Below are positions 38,417-51,582 of a DNA stretch of 64,000 nucleotides, one piece after another. How positions within the stretch are numbered: the first letter of the stretch is position 1; the number at the start of each line of letters is the position of its first letter. Both the position numbers and the translations under genes were made by a program. Source of the DNA: Octopus sinensis (Eukaryota); contig NC_043000.1 in the NCBI RefSeq assembly GCF_006345805.1, positions 47,182,001 through 47,246,000 on the forward strand, in the 5' to 3' direction. The notes under the pieces are model-generated. The model saw only the letters and a program-made list of their open reading frames with translations, was not told the DNA's origin and did not search any database.

Positions 38417-38467
38417 CAATATATAATTATTGATGTATATATAAACATGTATATGTATTTATATATT

Positions 38468-38650
38468 TTCCCCTCTATCTTCCCTTCTCTGGATCTTTCC
38501 CTCTCCTATGTTTCCGACGAAGAGCTCCGCTCGAAACGTTAAACCCACCTTCTTTCCTTCTTTCCTGAGCGTCCAATAATACTATATTTGTTCCACGTCC
38601 TCGCGTTGTTGTTTTTTTGTGCTTTCATGTTTGGATTAACTGTATTTATA
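38468..38650 (+). mobile_element. Short non-coding element carrying a hammerhead motif (Penelope-derived or retrozyme-like)
   Basis: Pyrimidine-rich ~180-bp island between TA-rich tracts containing the motif below. Confidence 0.55.
38510..38544 (+). ncRNA. Minimal type I hammerhead ribozyme (U4C variant)
   Basis: gttt-CCGACGA-a-gagc(tcc)gctc-GAAAC-GTT-aaac: stem I gttt/aaac, stem II gagc/gctc, loopless palindromic stem III ACGT. Confidence 0.7.
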
Positions 38651-39554
38651 TATATGTACATATGTGTATGTGTTTGAGTGTTTTAGCTACGGCTTTAAGT
38701 CTCTTCAGAGTTACCTCTCTTCGGTATTTCCCACTGATAACGGCTAAAGAGCTAGAAACATATTTAAGCATCCGGCAAAGGGCAGCACTGGACAGATATG
38801 GAGGTTTTACTCCTTTTTACCATAAGAAAGAATGTCTTCACGGTAACTGGTAATTTGCCTTTACAAGCTAGAATATGTCACAAGTATATTTTAACTATGT
38901 GTGTATGTATGTGTGAGCATGTGAGTGTGTGTGTGTGTGCGCGCGTAGTACACAGGAGGGCATATTCACACAAATATACTTACACTGTAATTACCATGTG
39001 TACACATAGGTGATTTGAGTGTTCCCTTCTGCATTGTGAAAATCTGTGTGCGGTGCTGTGGTAATTCAATTGTATTGTTTCCCTGCGGATAACTGTGTGA
39101 TCAAATGGTTTTGCGTGATTTGCTGTGAAGCGGCGTTCGTTCTTTCATCACATCGTCTGTAAAGGTGTAATAGAGGAGGTTGACAATTGATGATGTGTGA
39201 AAATTTTCATTTAAATAAACTTTTGATATTTACATCGTTTTTCTTGAAAAATGACTTGTCTCGTCATTAGTTTGCTTTTCCTCATTCATCATCCAAACTT
39301 TGAATACTTTATCTTTGATCTTCGTTGGCTGGAAACTTTTCACAGAGATAGTGTGGTATGGAATTTAATGTAGTACTGTCTTTTTCTTGAAAACAATTTA
39401 ATTTACGATAAGAAAAGATATACTGCTTTTTTGTTTGTCACAATATTCTTTATCTTTCAAAATATTCAACAACTTCATTGCGTTGTATATCCTTAGATTT
39501 ATAGATTTTATAGTTAACTAGATTGTATATATATATATAATATATATAATATAT

Positions 39555-39637
<83 letters not shown>

Positions 39638-40270
39638 CAAAGAGCAATAAAGATTCAAGTTAATTTAAATGAATTTACTTGAATATGGTACCTAACTTAG
39701 ATGCACCAAAAAAAACTATACTGATTTAACAATACAGTAATGTGGGGTGATTATAAGCGAGAAAGAAGCAACAAGAATGGATAGGTTTTTAGTACGATCG
39801 TTTCATACAAGGACAGGTTTTATTAAAAGTTGCAAAGATTACAGCATATAAACGAGTCCCGCACTCATCAGCTAAAATACATGTGAGTTCTCTAGACATC
39901 CTAGTGTTTGAGGCTATACTCATGAAGTAATGTAGATAATTAATTAACATAAACAGATTTCTAAAGTTCATTAAAGTTCTTTAAAGATGATGTACAGTCC
40001 TATCACAGAATTTTAAAAAAGTTTTGATAGCATCACAGAGAAGGTGACCTAATCCATATGAATTTCCATAGATATGATGAGGGATTATATACTCACAGAA
40101 TATATATATATATAGACAGATAGATAGATAGATATAGATATAGATATATATATAATCAAGGATAATATCTCTCTCTCTCTTTATATATATATATATATTG
40201 TATGTATATATACATACACATATATATAGTATCAAAAATGAATATAATATATTAAATATATTATAATATA

Positions 40271-40434
40271 GGTGGCTCGTATAAGATGTAGTAAGTAGCT
40301 TGCTTACCAACCACATGGTTCTGGTTCAGTCCCACTGTGCGACACCTTGGGCAAGTGTCTTCTGCTATAGCCTCGGGCCGACGAAAGCCTTGTGAGTGGA
40401 TTTGGTAGACGGAAACTGAAAGAAACCTGTCGTA

Positions 40435-40490
<56 letters not shown>

Positions 40491-40712
40491 ATATTATGTG
40501 TGTGTGTGTGTGTGTGGTGTGTGTGTGTGTGTGCGTATGTATGTGTATGTATATGTTTGTGTCTGTGTTTGTCCCCCCAACATCGCTTGACAACCGATGC
40601 TGGTGTGTTTACGTCCCCGTAACTTAGCGGTTCGGTAATAGAGACCGAAGGAATAAGTACTAGGCTCCAGCATGGCCACAGTCAAATGACTGAAACAACT
40701 AAAAGAGAGTAA
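40271..40712 (+). mobile_element. SINE family B with an expanded internal microsatellite
   Basis: Head, central block and tail as in 2313-2718; (TA)n(TG)n about 130 bp. Confidence 0.9.
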
Positions 40713-40931
40713 AAAGAGAAAGAGAATATATATATATATTCATAATTCTTATGAATAAACTCTGAAATTGGGACCAATAGGGTAATAACGGAATTTTAAA
40801 AAAATTTCCTTCGGCTTGTTTCGAGACGCATAACTTATAATGGTTATTGACAATTTTGTCTATTTTCGGCATATTTGGCATTAGAATTTTTCTTTTGCCC
40901 TTATTTTATAAGTTATATATATATATAAGTA

Positions 40932-41004
<73 letters not shown>

Positions 41005-41144
41005 CATATATACATAACACGCACACACGCATAAGCATAAATATAAAATAATTCTGTTTATGAGATCAGTAACTGTCTGTCGGTTTGAAAGTATATATTT
41101 CGAACAAGAGTCTAGAGTCACCATCTCTAGCCAAGAAATTATTG

Positions 41145-41186
41145 TGTGCCGATGAAGGGAAATAATCCATAAACCATTGGTACACA
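41145..41186 (+). ncRNA. Degenerate type I hammerhead motif
   Basis: tgtg-CCGATGA-a-ggga(aataa)tcca-tAAAC-c(att)ggt-a-caca; two core substitutions. Confidence 0.45.
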
Positions 41187-43989
41187 GATATTGTTTTGAG
41201 TTGAGTGGGGAAACGAAGCTCCCTTGTTCAAAAATATAAAGACGCTGATAGTGCGTCAGTAGCCAGCTGGAGACGATGTTTCCTGGGGCTAAATAGCAGT
41301 AGAATTCGTCCTAATCAGGACTGCTACATAATGTTGGCAAATAATCTTTACTCTCTCTATATATATAATGTTACAAGTAATCTAAGACTAAGGCAAAATG
41401 TGCTCATTCAGTTGTTGGATGACGGGTGTTTCAATAACTGCTTTTATCAAAAGCATTCATTCATAGGTTCTTCAAAGTGATTTTGCTTTTAAAGCTACTT
41501 TACTTGTTGCCAAAGCTGTTGAAAACTTTATATCAGGGTACAATTTATTTCGATATTAATGTTAAGTGTGTGCCATTAGTTTTTCAAATACTCATCCTTT
41601 CTAGGTGTCCTTTGAATATCAGACTACAGGATTTCTACACAATAAAAACACAAGGGGTATTAAGATCGCAAACATAAATATTATCAAATTCTAATGGATT
41701 TACCAGGAGAAATACAGAGCCCACGACCTTGCTCAGGCGTCTGAGACTCGTGGGAAGGAAAGAGAAATTTATATCGAAGGAAAATGATTTTAAGACAGTT
41801 TAAACAAAGTGGATTCCATTAATTGCACCTTTGAACTAAATGATGCTAAATTGCGAGGTTGAAAACCTTTGTTACCCTATTTACAAGTGTGAATATAATA
41901 CACATTTCATATAGTATCCCTGCTGCTTGATTAATTCCACTTTTCGACATGAATTTTGTATATGCTATTAATTTTAATGACTCTTGTAGATTATACTTCA
42001 TTATTTATTTCTAAATGACAAGATTATTGACATAAAATATTAACTCTTTTCACAGCAAGAGGTTCAAATCTCAATTACCTCTCGGTTTGTTGAGATATGA
42101 AGACAACTTAGAAAAGTAGAAGGATTTACAAATTTTGATAATAATTGTGCTTTGGTATAAATTTTTGAATAAAACAATATGTTGCAAACAGTCATATTTT
42201 AATTGTACCTATTATGTATGGTAAGATATTAGACTCAATAAATATTTTAGAAAGAATATGTATTAAAATATAAGGAAAATCGTAAATTGATAGTTCATAA
42301 AAAACCTACTATTCAACTGTTGCCTAGTGTTCTTTACCATCTTGAAAATATGCACAAAGAGATTTATGTTGTGCTTCGGTATAAAATTCAGTACCATTAA
42401 TATATATGTAATGTTATTCGTACAGCTTCACTAGAGCAAGGTCTTCTTGTTCACTTTGTGAATAGTAGGTATTAGCGTTCGGCTTGTGAAACATGTAATA
42501 TTTTCAAGATCATTTTCTTTCTGTAATAATACATCACTTAAATTCACTAGTATAGCATAGAGAGTAAAAGCTTTATTTGAGAAATTCTGGAGAAAATTGG
42601 ACAATTCGTTATTGATTTGTTGGAGAGCTTTTATTTGAGCTAATTGCTATTCATGCACAGAGTTTTTACACAACAATATATTAAAAAGTCTTAGCAATAT
42701 AGACAAATTCCTTACAAATTGGATACATTCTTGCGCAGAAATTGTACGTGACCCCAAATATTCACTCGATTCACTTACATCTTTCTGAGGTCAAACTCAT
42801 GTAATAGCTTTCATTTCGTTTCCATTTGTTAGTGAAATTGTTAGCGAAAAGCCAAAAATAGTGTGGCGCATAAACTATACTTCTGTAAATTCGATTTCAC
42901 ATGTAGCTCTATTTTATATTAATTCCTGATTTTCGAATAGGTGTAATACAATTTACGCGTTTGTTTCAAGTCCAACTTGCGTAGAATCAAATACAACATT
43001 ATTGTCCATATGATTTATAACGTCATAGCAATTCTCATACATTTCGAGCTTACCAAAAACTCAAAAAAACCTTGCCTTTTACTCTGATACAATCTGATTA
43101 TAATTTCATGGTCTTCTTCAGATATTTATATATCATAGAATCTTCGTCTAATATCAACCCTATACATATCTTTCTCTCGTCTTCTCGCACCAGCATTTCC
43201 TCAGACGTCGTATAAAAACGTGCCTATGCGAAGTGAAAGCTTCCTATGCTCTTTGTAAAATCTCAAATTTACCTAATTTTTCTTTTACACATATAGAAGA
43301 GAACTATCGGAAGAATTGAATACTTCGGTTCGATAGATCTTAGCAAAGCATACAGGATGAGCTAAAGAAGAAGTCTACTTTTACGACGCTGTAAAACTGT
43401 TTCGTAGGAAAGGATGTTAGAAGAGGAGAAAAAATACTATTCCATCAATAAGTAATGTTAGTTGAAATTTTTCTAAATTTACTGAAGTTATCAAATATAT
43501 TATTCATATAATATTGATCAAATGGGCTGATATGTAAATGAGTTTGTACATACTTTTTAAAGGTAAATATTGATCCATCAATTATCAAATATACTATCAA
43601 ACAAATGGAGGTGCTTCAACGTGTTCGTCCTAACTGCTAAAAATAACAGTCAATTTACAAACGGACAATACACTCGATGTGTTTTATATACTGCTCAACC
43701 AAAAAATATGATAGTCTCTGCATAAAAAAAATCTTTGATCAAAAGTCTTTTTGATCGTAGTTTACCAGGGCCTGAAAAACAACACGACAGCAACTGATCA
43801 TTCCGACGGTGCACTTGCATCACGTTGTTTAACAGTAGAAAAGTGTTTACTAATTACATTTAGAACCAAACCTGTCCTAATATTTGAATGATTCGAGAAT
43901 TATGTCTATTCCATTTTCTTTCATATTTTCGTTAGTATAGCATCAATACTCTTTACTTACTATGAATATTTAGCTTACGGGTCTCTGAT

Positions 43990-44470
43990 GCGCTCTCATG
44001 ACGACTCTACATATACACAGCGGTTGAACCATAAATATCTTTCCTTACAATCAATAATTACTTCTGACTTGATCAGCTGACACCCTAAAATGCCCAGGTT
44101 TCATACGCACGTATAATGCACATCTGCGGTACGGCTGCTACGCTCACTAGATTGAATCTAGAAAAAAGCCATTCGTTTGATTAGAAATGCATCCATCTCA
44201 AACAGACGTATTGTTTCCTCGCTCTCTCATTTTTATAACTATGAAAATGATCTCTGTTTCTCTGCTGCAAACTATCTTCACGCATGATATTCAGTCTCAC
44301 ATATCTCCCGAATTTTTATCACATGTGTTATATCACAAGCTGTTGATATCCCATGTAACACTTCCTATAACAATTTCTCTCCAGAACTGAAACTCTCTCA
44401 ATCACCCTCTCACCGATGCTTTTTTCTTATAAAGACACCAACCGTAAGCGCTGAATCTCCTCTGATTACG
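43990..44470 (+). mobile_element. Old LINE 3' fragment (CR1/Jockey-like group)
   Basis: Decayed post-RT segment (ctagattgaatctagaaaaaagccattcgtttgatt...; ttctctccagaact...ctctc...aatcaccctctc). Confidence 0.4.
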
Positions 44471-44523
44471 TTATTGCAAACTCATTGACGTTATTCAATT
44501 AAGAAACGTTCGCAGACAAATAT

Positions 44524-44693
44524 TGTTTCAAATTTTGGCACAAGGCTTGCAGTTTCTAGGATTATGTCGACCTCAGTGCTCAACTGGTATTATTTTATCG
44601 ACCTCGAAAGGATGAAAGGTAAAGTCGACCTCGGTGGAAATTGAACTCAGAACAGAAAGGCGGGCGTGCCAGCGGTTCTGCCAGTTCGCCGCC
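44524..44693 (-). mobile_element. SINE family A with an internal deletion
   Basis: Minus strand aggcggcgaactggcagaaccg...ttctgagttcaatttcc...ccttgtgccaaaattt. Confidence 0.85.
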
Positions 44694-44879
44694 TTATAGT
44701 GGACAAATATTACCGGCAGAATACATTATAGTATGTTGTAATTGCTTAATCAGACGAGAAAGATCAGCATCGATGAACTTTATGCACGGATTCATTGGTT
44801 GTTGCGAGAAAAGGGGTGAATTGACCATAATTTGCATGCCTGTTGGGAGTTATCCTCATACAAGTAATATGATACGAAT

Positions 44880-46250
44880 CTTTACAACGGAGTGAGTTCC
44901 GTTAAGGACACCCCAAAATCTTGATGTGGTGATGTTAAGCTGAGCGACAATTTAACATCGTTACATCAGTCTACACGTGATTTTTATCCAGTCTGCTCAA
45001 TAAAGAAATCACTTAATCCTTACGACAACTGATCTTCCTCCAAGTCATTATGCGATGGTGCTAAACCATCACCCGGCTTAAAACTAGTACTTTAGGCTTC
45101 TGTTCCATAATTATTAGTTATATCGTTATTGTTTTATCAAAAAGTATAATGGAATTAGCATCTTTAGCAATTTAACTTCATCTGATATAACCCCATTATG
45201 ATGAATGACACAATGCTTTTTAAGATTTGCAGTATATTAACATGTATAATCGTGAACCTTCTATGCTTCACGTAGTATATTTTTTTTTATCACTTAATCG
45301 TTAATGTTGTAGCGGAATCAGTTAAAATTGAAGTGCACTGCAAAAATCATATGAATTTACATCTGATGGATAAAGTATTCCCTACTGGATATTAAATATC
45401 TCACGCTATGCGATTAATAAGATTATAACGGAAATATTTCTTCAGTGTATATAGGAAAACCATGTGCTTCAAAGTCCATATTTATTTTAATATCATTTGT
45501 GCGCTGCGTGTAATTTTCTACAGTAACACGTCTTCTTCTTTAAGCATTTCCTGGTTTGAATAGAAATTATTTCTAAAGTTGTTGCTACCATATTTAAGTC
45601 TGCACGTAAATTGATATTCTTTCAGGTTTCAGGAATTTTAACTTTTAACTTGTTACAATAATTATTTTTTCAACAATCTGACAAATTACCATTCTATAAT
45701 TTTGATACCTAACATCTAGCATTGCAGATATGGCTCGTTTCTTTAAACGAGTATTAAACTGGTTTACAGATTCACTTTCACACTGCATATTACCAGTGAA
45801 TATGAGCTGCTCATAAATCTTTTTTTATTCTAGGTACTAGAAATATATTAAAGCGCATAACTGTTACTTAATATTTGTTCTTATCCTGTTCTTCGTTATC
45901 ATCATGAGGCAGTTTCATAAAGGTCTTAGATGTTTTATGCAAGAAACGTGTAACATTAATTCTTTCCTCTTCTTAAGATCTTCAATGTATTTACGAGAAA
46001 CATGATGTTCAAAAGACTGTTGCTACCTTTTGAATTTGATGCCATTTCTGCTGCATTTGAAGAACATCATTCTGTTCAATCGCACACCAAAGTTCATTTA
46101 TTTTCCTTTTCTTTAATTGTTGAATCTTACGCAAAATGCGATTACGAATGTCTTAGTTGTTCATGTTGATATCGTGAACATGGGCAGACCAACAACCTTG
46201 CTTGCTATGCAGTCTATATATAACAAAGCAAGCCAAATACTTGAAAAATA
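44880..46250 (-). mobile_element. Very old RTE-like LINE RT remnant
   Basis: Minus strand FKPGDGLAPS (QGD.LAP motif) at ~45060-45090 and a decayed PIYKKG/NYRGISL region upstream. Confidence 0.35.
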
Positions 46251-46584
46251 ATAATTAAGAATACAACACTCAGCAATAGAAATAGCGTTGTACGCCATTC
46301 TCAAAATATTGCATTTAATTATTTTTCATTTTGCTATGTTACAAACCTATATGCTAATGTATATAATTTTGTAACTAAGAGAGGCAGTGAATGGTAAACC
46401 AATAAGCGTAACACAATGAATGTGGTAATATTTTCTTCTACTCCAAAATCAAATCCTTTTCATATTTCTCGACAGGATAAAAATAAGTCAGATTCAGGGA
46501 TAGATTTAATGGAATTCACTTAGAATTAAACTTTTGTGCCACTTTTGTACTACTGTTGCGGCGTTCAGTATCACGACTAAAAGG

Positions 46585-46903
46585 AGCACTACGTCGGTTG
46601 CGACGGCGAGGGTCCCAGCTGATGGGATCACTGGAACAGCTTGCTCGTGAAATTAACGTGTGAGTGGCTGAGCACTTCACAAACATGTGTACCTTTAACG
46701 TAGTTCTCGGGGAGATTCAGCGTGACACGGTGTGTAACAAGGCTCACACTTTGAAATACAGGTAATACTCATTTTTGCCAGCTGAGTGGACTGGAGCAAC
46801 GTGAAATAAAGTGTCTTGCTCAAGGACACAACGCGTGGCCGGGAATTGAACTCACGACCTTACGATCATGAGCCGGATGCCCTAACCACTAAGCCACGCG
46901 CCT
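46585..46903 (-). mobile_element. tRNA-derived CORE-type SINE (family D) with an RTE-like tail
   Basis: Head ggcgcgtggcttagtggttagggc...gagttcaattccc; CORE-like gtgtccttgagcaagacacttt...tccactcagctg; tail identical in type to 1863-2050. Confidence 0.85.
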
Positions 46904-47708
46904 TTACGTATAACGACTATTCTTTGGTAAATATCGAATAAACTAAAGAAACATAGTTTGTTGACAACATTTCTTGACATGCTGCTTACTATAATTACGG
47001 GGTACATTTATTAGGTATTATAATGACAAGTGCAATAATTAATGTAATTAAATTTTCCAAAAAACTATCACTTTGAAAGTGAACTGGCACAGAGTAAATC
47101 GGAGAGAAAATATTCTTCTGAAAACATTTCAGCTGTGAGAAATAAATTCTTTTTGTCCTTCCAGAAAGGAAAAAAATGCCGACTGTGTCAAACCTGCTGG
47201 TCTTAGAAACAAAAAATATTGCTAAAGATATAAAGTACCTCTTTAGTTGACAATGAATAAATGCAAAGGTCAAGTTTACATGAACTGACATTTATACTGA
47301 ATAGAAAATAGAACGTTTTAGCAATAGAACACTGAACGTATCAACATCTTCCTGAAAATGGAAAGAGTAAAATATTTGAATTTCTTTTCTAGGAAACAAC
47401 ATAAAAATATTGAATATGAAATTGTTACACACAGAAAGATAGCTCACTTATACATACATACACAAATTATTCACCTTATATGTTAACTTGATGGAAAACA
47501 ATATGCATTTCTGAATTTTCTCACCCCACCTATCTCTCTTCATATATATTTTTTATATGTACACTTAAATATATGCATATATGCATACATGCATATATAC
47601 ATACACTCATATAAATACATACATATATATGTATGTATACATATATATATATCTGTGCGTATGTGTGTCTGTTTGTCTGTCTGTCTGTCTCTGTATATAT
47701 ATATATAT

Positions 47709-47990
47709 GCGTGGAGGCGCAATGGCCTAGTGGTTAGGACAGCGGACTCGCGGTTTCGATTCCCAGACCGGGCCTTGTGAGTGTTTATTGAGCGAAAACA
47801 CCTAAAAGCTCCACGAAGCTCCGGCAGGTGGGGGTGATCCCTGCTGTACTCTTTCACCACTCTTTCTTCTGTTGGCCTGCTCGCTTAGCCAGCGGGGTGG
47901 CGTCATTCGAAGGCTAAAACAATGCGAACGCATTGTGACCAGCGATGTGTAACAACATCTGATGGTCTGGTCGGTCACGTGATCACATGA
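47709..47990 (+). mobile_element. SINE family C head with a different tail
   Basis: Head matches the 2248-2090 minus strand; tail cattgtgaccagcgatgtg...ggtcacgtgatcac is unrelated to the D tail. Confidence 0.85.
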
Positions 47991-48239
47991 TATATATATA
48001 TATATATGCATGTATTAGTACACACGTTTACATATATGCAGAAAGAAAGAAAGCAAGAGAGACAGAGAGAGTGAGTGAAAGAGATAACGAGAGCAACTAG
48101 GTATAATAGTTTAGAGAAATTTGAAAGTTCATGCTTATTAGTGAGCATTTCCTCATTGCTTAACCCAAATAAGCACCAAATGAATGACGGGATTAGCATG
48201 AGTTTGTACCCCAAAATCACAAAACCTTACAGAATTAGA

Positions 48240-48960
48240 ATTACATCTCACTAGGCTATTCAAATAGATTATATATACACAAATAGCACGAGAAGCAATG
48301 ATCAGGACATTACTGAATGTTTTCAGTGATCATCCGTTAGTTTCGTAGTATATGATTATAAATGTAGGCAGGTTAACAATCCTGATAACTTTATATATAC
48401 AATAGAAAGGAGAACAGAAATCAATGAACACTTTCAAATACGATCATAAAATTGTAAAATAATGTAGAAAAAAAGTTAACGGAAATATTTATAAAACATT
48501 CCTAAATATATCTAAATCACTATATGACAAAAACTGTCCAATAAAGAAGACAGTGGGAAATAAAATTATAAAGATAATCCAGGAATCTCAAAGGGATTAC
48601 AGAATGCCTGCACAAAGAAAAATAAAATATATAGAGGATTCATGAATTAAAGTGACAGAAAAAAAGTATAAAACATAAGTGAAAATAATTTGAATAATAT
48701 CATGAGATGTAAGGTAGTATGTTACCATAAAATAATTTTAGAGAATCAGAAAGACGGCATTTGTGGTATATGGAATGTATCAAACAGTATTATTAGAAAT
48801 GGATCAAGATATTCAAGTTACAATAGGTATTTTATTGATAAGAATAAGATCATAAATAAGGATAGCGGTCATGATAGTTTTAATAAATTGTTTGTATGGA
48901 ACCAAAATTGGCAGAAAATTCAATAGCCGAGAAACAATGAAAAAATGACTATGGATTATT
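48240..48960 (+). mobile_element. Possible decayed Penelope-like remnant
   Basis: A-rich block with traces of a YIW.L / YN C-terminal pattern; heavily eroded. Confidence 0.25.
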
Positions 48961-49799
48961 AAGGGGTTATAAATCTGATTTCAATTTTCTTTAGAGCAAT
49001 AAAGTAAAGAAAATAGATACTGTTAGTAAATATATAATTTCGATTGATTGGATTAAATCGATATAGTAAAGCAACTCAAAAAGTCTTGAAAGGACTGCAA
49101 AATTGAAGTCTGTTGCTTGTGATTTCAAACTGGTACATTTCCTAGCAAAGCGAAAATTGAAAAAATTTATACTATTTTATAAAACTGTAGATAATTACCC
49201 AATTTACACAGTACAGACTTGTTTCATTATTTTCCTAATTTTCCACTTAATTAGAAAAAGAAAAACATTTTACGGAGAAAGAAAAGGATAAATTCATCGA
49301 GATATCACAAATTATGTCCAGGTTGCACCATCATAGTAATATTAGTATTAGTGGTATGCAATTCCTTCTAATTACTGCAGTGTTTCGTTAGCAAAAGCAA
49401 AACTAGATAAGTAAATCAATACTGTTGTAGTTTGTCCTTCCTCATTTTCAGCGCAGATATATAATGTTCAACGAATATAGTCCATGCATCAGTTTGTCAC
49501 TGCATGCGTTTATCTGTACTAAATCATTGATGCTTTCTCAAATGATTATTGTTTGGTTTGGCTTCTACGTTTTGGCATGTTTGCTTTGGTTGAATCTCCC
49601 AGGAGTTTGGCCCACCATTTCCATGGAATACACAAACTTCCATGTTAAGGTGCTCAATCATATGTCTTAAACATGCACATATACATTACACTGGATGGCC
49701 GTTGATCCTCCAGCTGTCCTGTGGTCTTTGACCAAGTTGATCGTTATGCATAAAGGGAAGGAGGACTTCCACGTTTTAATTTTCCGTGAGTAAGCTTCT

Positions 49800-50200
49800 A
49801 TAACAAAACCTAATATATTACTTCACATTCATATCCCCAATAGGGACCAATAAATTTTTATCTTCGATGTCACAATCCAATATGTAAATAGCGCATTGTT
49901 AGGCGTTATATGCCTCCAATAAATTGGACATAAAGGTGCCGATTGGCGTTATGTTTTCCAAGCTATGTATCGAGTTTGTTGCTCAGTAATCTTGTGCCAA
50001 CCACGTTTATTAGGTTTTGCATGTGTCCACATCTAAAACACATTAACCAACTCTTACAGGATATTGATATATAGTCCAAAAATCTGCTGTATGCTGTCAT
50101 GGTCAATCTTAATGCAGATACGTACTTCATGGGAGCGACTGTGTTCATTAACTTACTGCAGAAAGAAAAAACGATATTGTAAGAGCATTTTTAAAGACAG
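49800..50200 (-). mobile_element. Decayed L1/Tx1-type RT fragment
   Basis: Minus frame ...IKIDHDSIQQIFGL...RQSAPLCPIY (RQGCPLSP-like) followed by an eroded YADD region. Confidence 0.4.
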
Positions 50201-50563
50201 AAAAGCTTTTAAAACCTTTGATCACATTATATTACTCGATAAACTGAAATGATACAATATCTGAGGGTTTGTGCTTATGTTGAGAAGATATTAAAAAGGC
50301 ATTTACAACTAAATATAGATCTAAATTCACTCATCTAATTTATATATATATATATATATTAGATTTTTATATATTTGTGTATATATATATTAGATTTTTA
50401 TATATTTGTGTATTGATGAATTTTTAATGTTTTAATATTTTAACGACTGACACATTTGGTATATCTGAAGACTGATATGCATTGATCAATGGCAGAATAT
50501 ATGTATTATTAAATTGCCGAACCTATCTGAAATTCTTCTGAACATATATACATACATATATAC

Positions 50564-50607
<44 letters not shown>

Positions 50608-50709
50608 ATGTGTGTGTATGTATGTATATATCTATGTGTGTATGTATGTGTCTATGTGTGAATATAAAGATATTACATACAGCGTATTTGAAGGATCAGT
50701 AATAAAACC

Positions 50710-51582
50710 TACGAGGTTTGATCAATAAACATCCAGAGTTCTGCCATAGTAATGAAGCTAAAGCACGCAAATCGAGCTCTGCTGTGCATGCGTACTAAGT
50801 TTAATGTTCTAGCTTACTTCTGTTTACAGCAGTGCTTAGAAGAAATGTATGTAGCGTGAAATGGTCACATTGACCATAACAGCAGACAAAGTTACCATGG
50901 TGATACCTGCTCAGAGGTCAACGAAAAGTTGCAGAAAGTGTATGTATGGAGAGGGGTGTACGAACTGCATACAAATGTACGGGTGGTTCAAACGTTTCCA
51001 ACATGGCCGAAAAACTGTCAATACTGAGGAACGTTCTGGGAGACCCGTCAACAGCAGAACTGAGAAAACAGTGCAGATGTGCGTGCAGATGTGCGTGCAG
51101 CTGTGAGGAGAAATCGTCGAATCACCATCTGTGAGTTATCAGAGGATGTGGGGATTAGTTACCGTTCAGTTCATTATCAGTGAAGATTCGGGTATGAGAC
51201 GCATGTCTGCCAAGTTTGTGCCAAAACTGCTTTCGGCTGACCAAAAAGATGCTCGTCTCTCAGTTGCACAAGATCTCCTTGACTGTGTCGAGAAGGATGA
51301 AAAATTTTTGAAAACTGTGCGTAGGCAGGTATCATCAAGCTTTTGGCAAAATTTGATGCCGATGCTCCGCTCAGCTTCCTCTGTGATAGTCAAGGCGATT
51401 ATCACACGTTACTCAGCTTTCTACATGCACTGTTGTAAACAGAGGAAGTGACCTAGAACGTTAAAAATTAGTGCAAATGCACAGCAGAGTTTAAGGTCAA
51501 TCTGGGCCTAGCAGCATTACGCTGCATACTTTAGCTTCGTTGCTATGGGAACAGTCCGGATATTTATTGATCAGGCTACGTA
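50710..51582. mobile_element. mariner derivative composed of two inverted left ends
   Basis: TA-flanked ~60-bp TIRs; + arm encodes the transposase N-terminus to ...AKFVPKLL...FLKTV; the minus arm 51582-51326 repeats the 5' UTR and start (EAERSIGIKFCQKLDDTC). Confidence 0.85.

Noticed and set aside
42400-43420. Possible decayed piggyBac transposase on the minus strand
   Set aside because: Only vague motif traces (DNNVVF); no TIR/TTAA ends identified
50065-50156. Minus-strand exon candidate with a strong acceptor
   Set aside because: Another frame reads as a decayed L1/Tx1 RT; splice signals are likely fortuitous
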